From: the human T2T-CHM13v2.0 reference genome, Homo sapiens
Assembly (NCBI RefSeq): GCF_009914755.1
Contig: NC_060930.1
Direction: 5' to 3' (one strand)
Length of the DNA: 64,000 nucleotides
Within the stretch, counting starts at the first letter, position 1; the number at the start of each line of letters is the position of its first letter. Both the position numbers and the translations under genes were made by a program. Below, one piece after another: positions 1 to 20,527 of the stretch. A model generated the notes under the pieces. It was not told the DNA's origin. It saw only the letters and a list, made by a program, of their open reading frames with translations, and ran no database searches.

Positions 1-322
1 GGGGTCTCACTCCATTGCCCAGGCTAGAGTGCAGTGGCGAGATCACAGCTCACTGCAGCCTCAACCTTCTGGGGTTCAAGCAATCCTCCTGCCTCAGCCT
101 CCCTCCCAAATAGCTGGGATCACAGGTGCACACCACCACCTCCAGCTATTTTTTTTGTTTTTATTTTTAGTAGAGATGAGGACGCATTATGTTGCCCAGA
201 CTAATCTCAAACTCCTGGACTCAAGTGATCCTCCTGCCTCAGCCTCCCAAACTGCTTGGATTACAGGCATGAGCCACCACACCTGGCCACAAAGGCAAAT
301 TTAAAACTATGGAAAATATTTA

Positions 323-823
<501 letters not shown>

Positions 824-1152
824 TTAAACACTGCTCGTGGGAAAAAAATGTGGTACAAACTTTCTGGAGGAGAATTTAGCATACATTAAAAATGCCATAA
901 AAATCTGCTCTAAAAACCTACAAATCTTTGGCATAGCATTTTCAGGTCTAGAAATAGATCTTAAGGAAATTTTAAAAGTACACAGATATTTAGTTACAAG
1001 GATGTTATGGTGAAATTGTTTCTCACTACTTAAATGTGGGGCAAAAGTGATTAGATATTGGCAAAGGAAATTGTGACATATTCATATAAAACAGGATAGT
1101 ATCACTGAAGTAGTATAATAAGATGGGAATGTGTTTGAAATATAGCAAAGTG

Positions 1153-1507
<355 letters not shown>

Positions 1508-2942
1508 TCATTTTGTGATTTAACACTTTAATAGCATTTTTCTTTTCTTTTCTTTTTCTTTTTTGAGGCAGAGCCTCGCTTTGTTGCCTAGGCTGGAGTC
1601 CAGTGATGCGATCACAGCTAACTGCAGCCTCCACCTCCCGGGTTCAAGCAATCCTACCACTTCAGCTTCCTGAGTAGCTGGGACTACAGGTGCGTACCAC
1701 CACACCCGGATAATTTTTGTATTTTTTGTAGAGAAGAGGTTTCCTTATGTTGCCCAGGCTGGTCTCAAATTCCTGGGCTCAAGCGATCCATCCACCTTGG
1801 TCTCCCAAAGTACTGGGATTACAGGTGTGAGCCAGTGAGCCACCATTCCCAGCCCTTTCCTAGCATTTTTAATCATAAAAGTTTCACATTCACTTAAAAA
1901 ATCTGGATAATAAAGGTCAAAGAACACAAAAGTCACCCACAATTTCACCAACCAGATATATAATGTATTTTATATAAATGAGAATCTAATGTTAACAAAT
2001 GGAATAAAACATACTCTTTGGGAACCCAAATGTCAAATTTAATTTCTAATCCAAATGTTCACAAAGGAGTAGTTTTTGAAAAGAGCAAATTATGCAGAAA
2101 AGCATAGAGATGTAAGTTGGGTAAATTTTCCAAATTCTGATCAGGAAACAAATCTGACTAGAAAGAGGTGGGAACAAGAGCCACCTATACCGAACATCTG
2201 TTGACCTTTTACTAAACACTACAAGGCCTGAGGCATAAAATTTTGATAAAATTTATGATAAACTGCTAGGAGAGCACAAGTTAAAATTCAAAGCTGGGGT
2301 TCTGAAGACAGGCTGCCTGGGGTTGAATCACTGCTCCACTACTCACAAGCTCTATGTGACTGGGCAATTTAATCTCTCTCAGGTTCCTCAGAATGGGGAT
2401 GATACAACCCTACCTTTTGGGATGTAATACACGTCAAGCACTCTGAACCATACTTGGTTCTTAATAAGCATGCAGTAAATGTTAGATATGGGTCTTGCAA
2501 ACATCAGTGCAGCAATGGCACCACATCCTTAAAGAGCAATCTGAAGCCCTGCACATCAATGTGGATTGAATAAAGGACAGGATGAAGCTGCACACATGCC
2601 ACATGCCTTTCCTTCAGCTTTGGTTCAGCAGTCTTGTGTAATACAAGTACAAATCCTTATGGCTACTATTAGAACCATTAGAACTGAGAATGACTGCCCT
2701 CCTGGGTAGCTTGTATGTGCAGACGTAACATTTAAAAATCAGTATACAATCAAACTCTTATGGGGTTAACACTCACCTCTCCTTCCGGATTCTTAGAATC
2801 AGATTGCAACATTTGTTATACTCAGTACACTGTTAGAATATTGGCCTATAAAGATATGTAAGGCTTGGTATCCATCTTCTCAGAATTTAAAATCACTTAA
2901 GAGGATGATGTCAAAATACCTAAGATAACTAGGTGATTCTAG

Positions 2943-4090
<1,148 letters not shown>

Positions 4091-4530
4091 ATCAGCCATC
4101 ACTCTGCATAGTTCACCTAGTAAATTACAAAGACCAAGTAAGATAAATAAACGGTACATGAAGATTCCGTGGAGTTTAATGTCACTGCAGCTGAGGATGG
4201 TCAGGAAAGGCTGAAAGAAAAAGGTAGATTTACTCTGGCCGTTAAAGGAGAGATTCAGTTTTAAAAGCTGAACACGGGGGAGAAGGAGTATTCAGGTGAG
4301 AGAAGGTGTAAGGACAACGCCTGGAAAATGTAAGGCGTGCAGTGGGGACAAAGAGTAGAATATTTTGGCTGAAGAATAGGTTCACAAAAGAAGGAAGAAG
4401 TGTGAACGGGAGCCAGAATAAGAAGGGCTGGGGAGTTTGATCTCTATTCTTTTTCAAAACTAACTGACCCCAGAATGGTTTGAAACTTTATAATGTATTT
4501 ATTGGAGGACCATTAGAAATTAAAAGCTTT

Positions 4531-6482
<1,952 letters not shown>

Positions 6483-6569
6483 CTAGTGTTGGAGAGATGG
6501 AAAAGATAAGGAGGCCAGGGAAAAGAAGGACTGTCCCCCCTCATCTATTCCAAGATTCCCAAGAAGAAG

Positions 6570-6912
6570 GTGCTATGGTTTGACTGTCTCCTGTAAAACT
6601 CTTGTTGACGTTTCACCGCCATTGTGATGGTGTCAAGAAGTGATTAGGGGATGAATGGATTCGTGCTGTCATCACCAGAGTGGGTTCCTAATAAAAAGCT
6701 AGTTCATCCCCCTCTGCTCTTGCTCTGTTGCGCACTCTTGCTCTTCTACTTCCCACCATGGGGGGAGACAGCACAAAGGCTTTCACCAGATGCTGGCACC
6801 AGGGTGCTAGATTTCCCAGCCTCCAGAACTATGAGCCAGATAAATTTCTGTACATCATAAATTACCAAGACTGTGGTAATGTGTTGTAGCAACATAAGAC
6901 AGACTAAGACAG
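6570..6912 (+). mobile_element. MST-type MaLR LTR
   Basis: tgctatggtttgact...ttcccagcctccagaactatgagcc...agactaagaca. Confidence 0.75.
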
Positions 6913-7571
6913 AAGGGTACCCAAACAGTGGAGAGGGCCAGTAGGTGACCCCAGGCATAGCCTGGAATGGTAGGAAAGACAAACGGCATAGGGGGAACAC
7001 TCCAGAGAGAACAAATGCAAGAGGCAGCTCCCCAGTAACTAACAGATTTGCCTATGGAGTCAGTTGCATTTGAATCAGCACACCACGGTATACTGATCTG
7101 GAATGAGTTACTCTCTCTGTGACTCAGTTTCCTCATCTATGATATGAGGCTAAATACTGCCTCCCTAAGAAGACTATAAGCATTAAATGAAAAAATATGG
7201 GCCAGGTGCAGTGGCTCATGGCTGTAATCCCAGTACTTTGGGAGGCTGAGGCGAGCAGATCACCTGAGGTCACAAGTTCAAGACCAGCCTAGCCAACCTG
7301 GTGAAACCCCATCTCTACTAAAAACACAAAAATCAGCTGGGCATGGTGACACATGCCTGTAGTCCCAGCTACTTGGGAGGCTGAAGCAGGAGAATCGCTT
7401 GAATCTGGGAGGCAAAGGCTGCAGTGAAGAAAAAAAAAAAAAGAAAAGAAAAAATATGTATTAAGAAAAAGCTTAGAATGATGCCTGGCATATTGTGAGT
7501 ACTCAATAAATGTTTGCCCCATGGATTACAGCAGCGGTCTTCAAAATGGGCTAAGGCCTACCTGGCTTTAG

Positions 7572-7994
<423 letters not shown>

Positions 7995-8655
7995 TAGAGA
8001 TGGGGTCTTGCCATATTGCCCAGGCTGGTCTCCAACTCCTGAGCTCAAGCAATCTACCTGCCTTGGCCTCCCAAAGTGCTAGGATTACAGGCATGAGCCA
8101 CCGTGGCCAGCCTTAAATTGTCTACCCACCCATCACTCCCTCTTCCCTATCAATAACACATAAGCTCTGTGAGGGCAGGTATTTTGTTTACTGATATATT
8201 TCTAATACTCAGAGAGCACTAGCATACTGCAGGTGCTCAATAAATATTCACTGAATCAACAAATGACTATTTCACAATATAGCCATTCTCCTGTTTAGGT
8301 ACATTTAGACACGTATATTGCTTCCAATTTTGGCTGTTACAAACAATGATGTGATGGACATTTTTGTATATATGTCCTTGTGCACATGTGCGTTTATCTA
8401 GAAGTGGAACTACTGTATGATGGATTAGGCACATCTTTAATTTACTAGTTATTACCAATCCACTCTCCAAAGTGGTACTTATTTGTATTCCCACCTGCAA
8501 GGTATGTGACTCCTGTTTCACCTTGACATTACTTAACATTATCAGATTTAATTTTTTGCCAGTGTAAGACATGGTATTTCATTTTAGTTTTAATTGGCAT
8601 TGACCTAGTTACTAGTGAGTTTGAACATCTTTTGTGTGTTTATTGGTCATTTTGA

Positions 8656-9111
<456 letters not shown>

Positions 9112-9195
9112 TGATGCACAGAAGTTAGTTTCATTTCTTAAAGACAAATTATCCCATGTTAATTACATCTTAAAGGTGCTTAGAATTTTTCTTAC

Positions 9196-10682
9196 ATATA
9201 TAGATTTAAAAATATATTTTGGAAAAACTACTCAGGCATTTATTTTTCAGCAAGATCTTTTACTATCTTATAGAATACATGTCTTCCATGCACAGATTTG
9301 GGGACATCCTTCTCTAAAAAAGAGGGATGGACAGGAGAGTTTTTAGGGTGTTTTTTTGTTTGCTTAAAGTTTATTTTTAGAGACAAGGTCTCACTATATT
9401 ACCCAGGCTGGCCTCGAACTCCTGACTCAGGCAATTCTCCCACCTCATCCTCCCAGGTAGGTGGGAGTCCAGGCATATGGCACCACACTGTGGCTCAGGA
9501 TAGGAGGTTTCTGAGCAGAGTACAGACATGATGGAAGCAGAGTATAGGAGCAGAGAATACTTCTTATTGTTCTCTTAATGTTTTATGTGGGGGATTTTGC
9601 CTCCACCATCTTGAGCTTATATAGTTGTTTAAAAAATCTTGACTGATTTACACAACAGTGGAACTTATTCCATTTGAAGGTTTCGTTTTATCCAAACATT
9701 AGAGGAGGCTGAAGTCATTCTGCATACTACTCCACCAAGAGCCTAGGAAATCCCTCTACTGAAATACATTACTTCATATATGAAAGGCTTAATGTTGTTG
9801 TAATGTTCTGGTTATTACAAAAGATTTAAGATCTGAAATGAAGTAATGGGATCCAGGCAGATATGTTCATTTTTGTTTACCTAAATGCCTGATGATTGTC
9901 AATGGATTATTAAACGCCTAAACTTTAGCATGACATAGTAGGCCATGAGCCCATAGTTCCTTCCCTCAGATTGTCAAGGAAACACTCTAGACTCCTTATC
10001 AAGTTTGATCCTTTAAAGATAGGAAAGTTAAGAGGCTGCTTCTTGAAACTCAATTCTGATCCTCTTTTTTCCTTCTCAATTACAGTCTCAGGTGGACATG
10101 TTGATAATTTAAATGATGTTTAATTTCTTCACTGATTCCAACCTTTTATTTCTTTTGACTTCTACTTACCTCAACACAATTCTACATCCTAGATTGCTAG
10201 AGTTAATAGTAAGGTTGTCTGGGCATTGTTAGCCAAGTAACATAACTTATTCAGATCAACAAAAAATGTGCTATGAGAACATAAACTAATTTAACTTCAA
10301 TAAAGAATATTACCTTTTCAAATATCATATTATTAATAATGTTTTAATGAAAGAAAGTACTGAATAATTTATAAGTAATCAAACTAAGACAACATGAGAA
10401 ATTACTCTAATTACTCATATTACTCTAATTACTCTAAATTACTACAAACTAAGGCAATATGAGAGAAAACTAAAGACAATTTTAAAGCATTCAACATAAA
10501 TGTCTATAACTCCACATGTGTATAAAGGAAAAATAATTTTATGATAAATTACCTGATGAACAATCAGGAACAATGGTTTGTTTCACTAAGAAATGCTTGC
10601 TTTAATTTTATCACCGTCCTATAAATGCTCTATTTTATGTAATAAGGTAGCATCAATTATTTCCGTCTGCTAATAGATTTAG
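9196..10682 (-). pseudogene. Cluster of pseudo-exons ~10682-10553, 10270-10170, ~10108-9881, ~9832-9601, 9313-9196
   Basis: Donors CAG|GTAATT, GAG|GTAAGT, TAG|GTAAAC, TAT|GTAAGA; ~60-codon open stretch LSTCPPETVIEKEKRGSELSFKKQPLNFPIFKGSNLIRSLECFLDNLREGTMGSWPTMSC; ALGGVVCRMT. Some implied introns are very short, so boundaries are uncertain. Confidence 0.5.
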
Positions 10683-10704
10683 CTATTAAGAGATTCATTA
10701 TAGC

Positions 10705-11642
<938 letters not shown>

Positions 11643-11670
11643 TTAATTTTAACACTGTAGAACTTCTTAC

Positions 11671-12076
11671 TCCAAAAACATGTCTGGCTCTTCGAATTTC
11701 TCTTTATCGTTTGCTAGTGTGTAATATGCTCTCTTTTTTTTAATCATTTTGCTAATTTGTGAAAAAATGTTGTTTTATTTAGCAGGAAACAAATTCTGTC
11801 TCACAAGTTGGGGCCTAGTCTCTGTTAGGTCAGACTGGAAGAACAGTAAGGGCACTCCCACATTCCAGGGAGAGAGTAAATGATAACTGGCAGGGACGTG
11901 GAATCTCTGTAAAGCACATATGGGAATTCTTAGATAGGAAGTGTACTCTAAACAGAGTCCTCTTGAGAAAATCTCCGATGGAAAATTGAAAAATTTAACA
12001 ATTACTGAATTACCATCAGCATTCCAAGAACATTTTTCTTTTTTCAGACCCTACTAAATGAATCAACCTTGCAAAA
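11671..12076 (-). pseudogene. Pseudo-exon FARLIHLVGSEKRKMFLEC...FSIGDFLKRTLFRVHFLSKNSHMCFTEIPRPCQLSFTLSLECGSALTVLPV...RARHVFG
   Basis: ttttattttccAG acceptor in phase 2; 54-codon stop-free core; donor GGA|GTAAGA (alternative at 11805). Confidence 0.58.
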
Positions 12077-12102
12077 CTGGAAAATAAAACTAAAATATTT
12101 AA

Positions 12103-12491
<389 letters not shown>

Positions 12492-12760
12492 TGATAAATT
12501 GAAAAAGTAACATTTATCACTTTGTTGGTATAGTAAATTTATAAGTGACATCAAGATTTAGGAAGAGCTTCAAAGCATGTAGAAGAAGAGAAAGTCAAGG
12601 TTTTATAAGAAAATGTATAAATAAAATATTGGGGAAGTGTGCAGGGAGAAAACAATAAAATTTTTGGCAGCCGTGACTGAAAATACGCAAGGTGACATAC
12701 ATAAGATGGTACTGACAGGAAGAAGGAAAATAGGAAAAGATCTGAAAATCACAAATGTAC

Positions 12761-13182
12761 CTAATTGTTTCAAAAGGCTGTACTAGAGAATACATGAATG
12801 ACATTACAGCTTAAAGGGAATGTAGGGTGATCCTCCCTTTCAGAATTGGCCAAACAAATCCCTAGTTATTGTTCTTGCTATATGAGGAAAACACTAAGAT
12901 CCTGTTTACCTTCTTTTGGTCTAGTGTAGATTTCTCTCCTACCTGGTCTGAAGCTCACACTAGTAGTGCCACCCCTTCAGATTACATAATACATATGGGC
13001 CATTGGCCCAGAAGGATACAATTGCACCCAGTGATGGTGAAAACCCTTCCTCTCCTTAGCATGAATTATCTTGTCAGATCACACAATCGCTCTTGGATTC
13101 AGGCCCTCCCTCTCTCCCTGCTCCCTCTCTCCCTTCTGCTGAGTGCCTATTTCTTTTAGGCAGTAACTTAGACTCTGTGTAT
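12761..13182 (-). pseudogene. Pseudo-exon TQSLSYCLKEIGTQQK..LNPRAIV/fs/DLTR*FMLRRGRVFTITGCNCILLGQWPICIM*SEGVALLV*ASDQVGEKSTLDQKKVNRILV...QPFETI
   Basis: ttcatttttAG acceptor; donor TAG|GTACAT (alternative AAG|GTAAAC at 12910). Confidence 0.58.
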
Positions 13183-14098
13183 CTAAAAATGAATAGAATA
13201 TAGTCTTTTTCCTTTAGGAGCTCACTATCTGGAAGAAAATACCAATAGGGAAACAATTAAATACAATGCAACACAATACATTTTTCTACTACAATTGGCA
13301 AAGGTTGAAATGAAAAATAATATCCAGTATTAGCTAGAATTTGAGGAAACAGAGCACTGAATAGGTAACAATTTTTCTGGAGGAAAATTTAGTACTATGT
13401 ACCAAAAGCCCTTTAAAAAATAAAGTGAATGCAGTTTGCTTCAGACACTCTACATCACTAAGAATTATCTAATAAAACAATCAGACAATTGTGACCATCA
13501 TGGGCAATATAGGAAGACCCCATCTCTACGAAACATATTTTGAAAAGTAGCCAGGCATGGTGGGGTGTACCTGTAGGCCCAACTACTTGGGAGGCTGAGG
13601 AGGGAGGATTACTTGAGCCCAGCAGTTCAAGGCCACAGTGGGCTTTGATCACACTAGTGCACTCCAGCCAGGGCGACAAAGTGAGAACCAGTGTCTAAAC
13701 ATAATAATAATTATTGGACAAATTTGCAAAGATGTTCGCACAAATATATCTATTGTAGCATTGGTTGTAATAGTGAAAATGCCACAGTGAATCCCTGAGT
13801 GTCCAGTAATAGGTGATTATATGCTACATCCATACAACAGAATACAATTATCACCATCAAGAAGGCTACAGATTTATACGTATCAAGTAAAAAATATGCC
13901 TTTGACACATATATGAGCAAAAAAAGGTTACAAAACATAAAATAGATGCGATGAAAATGGTACTTTTCCTCTGTGGTCTTTCTCCCCAAAACCTATCACC
14001 CCAGTCTAACTATGGGAAAAACATCAGAAAAGTAAATTCCAATAAAGGGGCATCCTACAATATCCCTGACCAGTACTCTTCAAAATTTCCAAGTTCTC

Positions 14099-14452
14099 TG
14101 TAATTAGTCTGTTTTCACACTGCTATAAAGAAATACCTGAGACTGGGTAATTTATAAAGGAAAGAGGTTTAATGGATTCACAATTCCACATGGCTGGGGA
14201 GGCCTCAGGAAACTTACAATCACGGCCAAAGGGGAAGCAAGGCACCTTCACAAGGCAGCAGGATGGAGTGAGTGTGAGAGTCCAGGAAAAGCTACCATTT
14301 ATAAAACTATCAGATCTCCTGAGAATTCACTCATTATCATGAGAACAGCATGGGGGAAACTGACCCCATAATCCAATCACTTCCCTCCCTCAACACACGG
14401 GGATTACAATTCGAGATGAGATTTGGAGGGGGACACGGAGCCAAATCATATC
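14099..14452 (-). mobile_element. THE1/MSTA-type MaLR solo LTR nested in an L1M 3' end (~13950-14760)
   Basis: tgtaattagtctgttttcacactgctataaagaaatacctgagactgggtaatttataaagg...gccaaatcatatca. Confidence 0.85.
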
Positions 14453-14763
14453 AGTCATCAACACAGGAAACCCTAGAAACTGTCACAACCAAGAGGTCTC
14501 TAAGGAGATATGACAACAAAAAGTAATGTGGTATCCTGGATGGGATTCTAAAACAGAAAAATAACATGAGGTAAACACTAAGGAAATCACAATAATCTAC
14601 AGATTTCAGCTAACAATGCATCAATATTGGCTCATTAATCGTAACAAATGTATCACACTAATGTAACACGTTAATAATGTGGTGGAATGAATATGGGACC
14701 CCCGTACTGTCTTTGCAATTTTCCTATAAGTCTAGAAGTGCTTTAAAAACTAAAGTATATTTA

Positions 14764-15160
<397 letters not shown>

Positions 15161-15641
15161 TCAGTCAGGTTTATTGAGTTATAATTTATAAATAATAAAA
15201 TGTACTATTTTTAGTGTACAGTTCTATTAATTTTAATAAAACATATACTCATGTAACTACCACCACAATCAACATATAGGACATTCCCATTAGCCCTGAT
15301 GCTTTTTGTAGCCCAGATCCTGGCAACCACTGTTTCTTTCCCTATAGTTTCGGCCTTTTCTAGGATATCATATAAATGAAATCATACAGGATGTACCCTA
15401 TTGATTAAAATTGGGGTTTTCCCCTTTAGAATGTGAAATTTTGGATAATAATTTCCTTACTCTTGTTATATTGGTTATTTACATTTTCTAACTCTATAAT
15501 AAACTTTACTTTTGCAATTTAGAAAAATAAAAGTAAAAAAATTATGATGGGTATTGTAATAAGAGAGGCAATAAAACTAACAGATTACATATGAGGACAA
15601 TTTTTGTTTTTGATATTTAAGTTGCAGAATTACTTTACTAA

Positions 15642-15785
<144 letters not shown>

Positions 15786-15940
15786 TAGCTGGGATTACAG
15801 GCATGCGCCACCACGCCCGCCTAATTTTGTATTTTTAGTAGAGACGGGGTTTTTCCATGTTGGTCAGCCTGGTCTCAAACTCCTGACCTCAGGTGATCTG
15901 CCCACCTTGGCCTCCCAAAGTGCTGGAATTACAGGTGTGA

Positions 15941-16069
<129 letters not shown>

Positions 16070-16444
16070 TGAGTAGCAGGGACTATAGGCATGTACCGCC
16101 ACGCCTGGCTAATTTTTGTATTTTCAGTAGAGACAGGGTTTTGCCATGTTGGCCAGGCTGGTCTCAAACTCTTGACCTCATGTGGTCTGCCTGCCTCAGC
16201 CTACCAAAGTGCTGGGATTACAGGCATGCACCACCATGCTCAGCCCAAGGAATTAATTTTGAGAGACAACAGAAGTTAAGAGGTGAGCTCTAGGATTAGC
16301 CAGAGCTAGGTAAAAATCCTAGCTGTACTACTGGCTGGTTGTGTGACTTACAAAAGGCTAGTTAGTATATTTTACCTTCAATAATCCTCACTTTCAAATT
16401 GGGTTAAATACAGTACTTGTCTTCTAAGGTTTTGAAAAGGCTTA

Positions 16445-16654
<210 letters not shown>

Positions 16655-16988
16655 TCACGGGTATTTATTAACTTTAAACTGCTGAAATTATTTGTATTGT
16701 TTATTTGGCTATTCTTGCACTCTTGATATTTTTGTTATCTCTGTTGAGCTCTGGAGGTGTTTAGATATGGAAGAGCATTCTACGTCAGGGAACAGAATGT
16801 GCAAAAACAGAGTCATGGAAGTGCCTCCAAAGACAGAGAATAGCAAGTGGCGGCAGAGTAAGGGGGTGTGGAGATCACAGAGCCCAGGCATAAAGGACCT
16901 GGTGAGCCAGTTTAGCTTCATCCTTAGGCCTGAAGACAGGAACGGTTTTGTTTGCCCAAAAAGGTGTATGTGTCTATATATACATATG

Positions 16989-17020
<32 letters not shown>
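16989..17020. repeat. (CA)n microsatellite (others at ~20245-20330 CT/CA, 57870-57892, 59130-59163)
   Basis: Direct observation. Confidence 0.95.
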
Positions 17021-17021
<1 letters not shown>

Positions 17022-17731
17022 CTCATGTCTCTCATTGAACCTTTATGCCAGGTTAGTCCCCCCTTCCTCCCCTCCCCATGCTACCAAAGCATTTTATTCC
17101 TGTCTCCATGACTGCACTTTACCACATGGTGCATTGTGATCGCTTGTTTACAAACCTGACTCTCCCAATAGACTGTGAACTCCTACAGACTGTCTCCCAC
17201 CTCACAGCTAACCTCTGAGGAAGGTCTCATTATGACTCCAACTTCACAGGAAAGAAACGGGGTTCTGAGAGTTCAAATTATTTGCCCAAAATTACACAGC
17301 TAGAACTAGGATTTGAACCCAGGCAGCCCATCTCTGAACCCAGTTTCCTGGCTAACACTAACATTCTATAGCATACATAGTAGATGGTAAATAAATATCT
17401 AGATCCTTCCCTTGTTCAACAGTTACTGGTGGTTAAGGGAGAGAGGCCCCTATCGTGGCCACAGATGAGTATGGATCACAGGAAGGGTCACCCTTGCCCC
17501 TCCTGACCCCCCAGTCATGCTTTCTATTCAATGCTCTCACATACAGCACCTCACCTAATGCTTACAACAAAACCATGAAGTGGGTAAAATCATCCGTTTT
17601 CGCAGCTTAGGAAAGAGGGGCTCAAAGACTTTAACTCACAAAAGGAGAACTAGTTAGGTAGCAGAGTTGGAACTCTGTTCCCCCAACAATAAGTCCAGGA
17701 CTCTTTCCCCTTCACTCTCATGACCTCATAT

Positions 17732-17903
17732 CTAATGCTCTGGGAGAGGAAAGAGGGTAGAAGGGGTGTCCAAAGACAACTACTTTGAGGTCGAAATTGG
17801 ACTCTTTCTTAAGGACATAAGACCATCATCTGGAGTAGGGGCCCCTGGTAAGTCCACTATTGCCATGGCTGTGGTACATGAACCACAGTGGGTTGTCATA
17901 CAT
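17732..17903 (-). pseudogene. Pseudo-exon MYDNPLWFMYHSHGNSGLTRGPYSR*WSYVLKKESNFDLKVVVFGHPFYPLSSPRAL-D
   Basis: Branch TTCTAAC plus ttgttcAG; 57 codons with one stop; donor inferred as decayed (G|ATATGA). Confidence 0.62.
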
Positions 17904-18247
17904 CTGAACAAGTTAGAACAAACCATAATACAGGGCAATATCCCTTCCATTTTCCCCTCCCTTTTCATGTAAATAATTATGTAAAGTCAAATTCTTCCCT
18001 GTTTTTTCTTTCCAGGTCTCAGCTCAGTTATTTCCACCCCAGCAATCTCTTTCTCACACCCCACAAGCATGTACTTGTTAATCCTCTTCCACCTTTTATT
18101 AACCATTATCCAGTTACTCAAGTAAATCTTTCTCTTTCTGACAGCGTTTGTTCCATTTATAAACTCCAAAACAACTCCATTACAGTTGACAAGCACAAAA
18201 GTACTATTCATCATATACCTAAATTAAGGGAAAGACCAGCCATTTAC

Positions 18248-18347
18248 CTTGAACCGTTCTAGACTCAGAGACCACCATGTACCATCCTAGATGGTCATCA
18301 GATGTCCCCTTCACAATCTTCTCAGATGGTTCAGGTCCTTCTTTATC
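18248..18347 (-). pseudogene. Pseudo-exon IKKDLNHLRRL*RGHLMTI*DGTWWSLSLERFK
   Basis: gcttAG acceptor; AAG|GTAAAT donor; 100 nt, phase 2 to 0. Confidence 0.68.
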
Positions 18348-18698
18348 CTAAGCTAATGAAACTGTAGTGTACAGTGGTTAATGTGCTTGTGGTTGGTCCA
18401 AATCCCATTTCCACTATTCAGTAGCTGTATAATTTGGAGCAGCTGTTTAACCTTTGCCCCAATTTCCTTATCTGTAAAGAGGGATCATAAAGGAATCTGC
18501 CTCTTAGGGTTACACGAACTAAAAGGGTTAATTCATATAAGCACTTAAGAATGGTCAGGAACAAGGCAAGAGCAAAATAAACATAGGTTATATTTTTTCA
18601 AACATGAGCATTCAATATTTAAAGAGCTTTTCAATGGGCGGACATGGTGGCTCACACCTGCAATCCCAGCACTTTCGGAGGCTGAGGCAGGTGGATCA

Positions 18699-18973
<275 letters not shown>

Positions 18974-19150
18974 TTAAAAAAAAAACATACTTTTAACTGC
19001 AAATACAGTGTTTCACTCATATAATCAATTAATTATATACCTTTACTAGGTAACCAAAAGACCTGACTGCCACTCATAATATTGTTTCTATGGAAAATTT
19101 ATTTGAGTTCAGGAATTTATTTACAAATGAAATTTTGAAGCACAGTTTAC

Positions 19151-19303
19151 CTGGAAGACAGAATGTTTATATTAAATATCCAAATGTGTATAAATCTATA
19201 TCTCATTTGATTTACCAGAAAGTCCTTTACATTTTGAAAGAGAATTTACTTCCTAAGCAATTCATCTGTTTCTGTTATCATAGCTGCTATGGATCAGGTA
19301 CTC
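19151..19303 (-). pseudogene. Pseudo-exon GVPDP/fs/IAAMITETDELLRK*ILFQNVKDFLVNQMRYRFIHIWIFNINILSS-R
   Basis: tattttccAG acceptor; CAG|GTAAAC donor. Confidence 0.68.
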
Positions 19304-19884
19304 CTGGAAAATATAAATTAGAGGGTGAAGGGGCCTGGGATCTTTTCCATTGTTCACAGGGTCTGGCTTTTGCAACCAGACTCACAGGTGCTGTAAAACA
19401 CTGCATGTATATAAAATAATTAGGCTTTACCATCTGCACTTGCTAGAGAGCTCAGTTTCCCGAAGATAAGTTACTCAGCTGAGGGGCTTGACTCCAAACT
19501 GGTAGAGCACAAAAAGCAATCAAGTTAGACTTACAAGAAAGCTGCCCCTGCCTGCTAATTCCTTTTTATCTCTCCAAATAAGGAAACACCATTTTTTGCC
19601 TTGCAGACTTGAAGTTCTGTTTTGTTTTATTTATTTGTTTATTTATTTAGAGATAGAGTCTCACTCTTATCACCTAGGCTGGAGTGCAATGGCACCATCA
19701 TGGTGCACTACCACTTCGAACGCCTGGGCTCAAGCAATCCTCCTGCCTCAGCCTCCCAAATCGCTGTTAACTACAGGTGCACACCACTGTGTCAGGCTAA
19801 ATTTTTTATTTTTGGTAGAAGTGGGGCCTCCCTTAACGTTCTGTTATTTTGGAATTAACAGTAACAACAGAATATTTGTTGGTA

Positions 19885-20061
19885 AGGTTGCCAGATTTAG
19901 CTAAGGAAATTACAGATCTCTCAGTTAAATCTGAATTTCAGAAAAACAAGGAAGACTTTTTTAGTGTATGCACTACATATTGCATGAGACATATGAATAA
20001 AGTATTCCTTGTTTATCTGAAACTTAGATTTGACTGGCCATTCTACTTAATCTGGTTACCC
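19885..20061. mobile_element. MER53-like palindromic DNA transposon
   Basis: aggttgccagatttagc...tctggttaccct with internal inverted symmetry. Confidence 0.65.
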
Positions 20062-20391
20062 TGTTTGTTGAAAGTTAATTACTTCTTTATGAAAAAAAAT
20101 AGGGTCTCACTGTGTTGCCCAGGTTGGTCTTGAACTCCTGGGCTCAAGCGATGCTTCCATCTCAGCCTCCCAAAATGCTAGGATTACAGGAATGAGCCAC
20201 CGTGCTTGGCCTGGAAGTGAATTACTTCTAAACATATTACTGCTCTCTGTCTCTTTCTGTCCCTGTGTCTCTCTCTCTCCTCTCTCTCACTCTTTCTCAC
20301 TCTCTCTCTCACAAACACACACACACACAGATTTTCATACTTTGAAGAAATCCATACATTTTGTAAACAAAGCACACCAATTTGTATTTAC

Positions 20392-20527
20392 CTTCAAGGT
20401 TTAGGAAACTGGTTGAATTCAGGAACTACCAATAATTCTCATTTATATTGAAATTGGGGAATAAATCTATAATCTCATGTAATCATATTCTATCACTTAC
20501 TTAGTTCTGTACAATTATAGAAATGAG
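20392..20527 (-). pseudogene. Pseudo-exon HFYNCTELSK/fs/DRI*LHEIIDLFPNFNINENYW*FLNSTSFLNLE
   Basis: ttctgtAG acceptor; AAG|GTAAAT donor; NCT and NST sequons. Confidence 0.65.

Noticed and set aside
10401-10446. Short TTACTCTAA tandem array
   Set aside because: Simple slippage repeat with no spacers; not CRISPR-like or evidently functional.
17780-17968. 62-aa minus ORF MKREGK...STSK as a small gene
   Set aside because: Overlaps a pseudo-exon in a different frame and crosses its acceptor.
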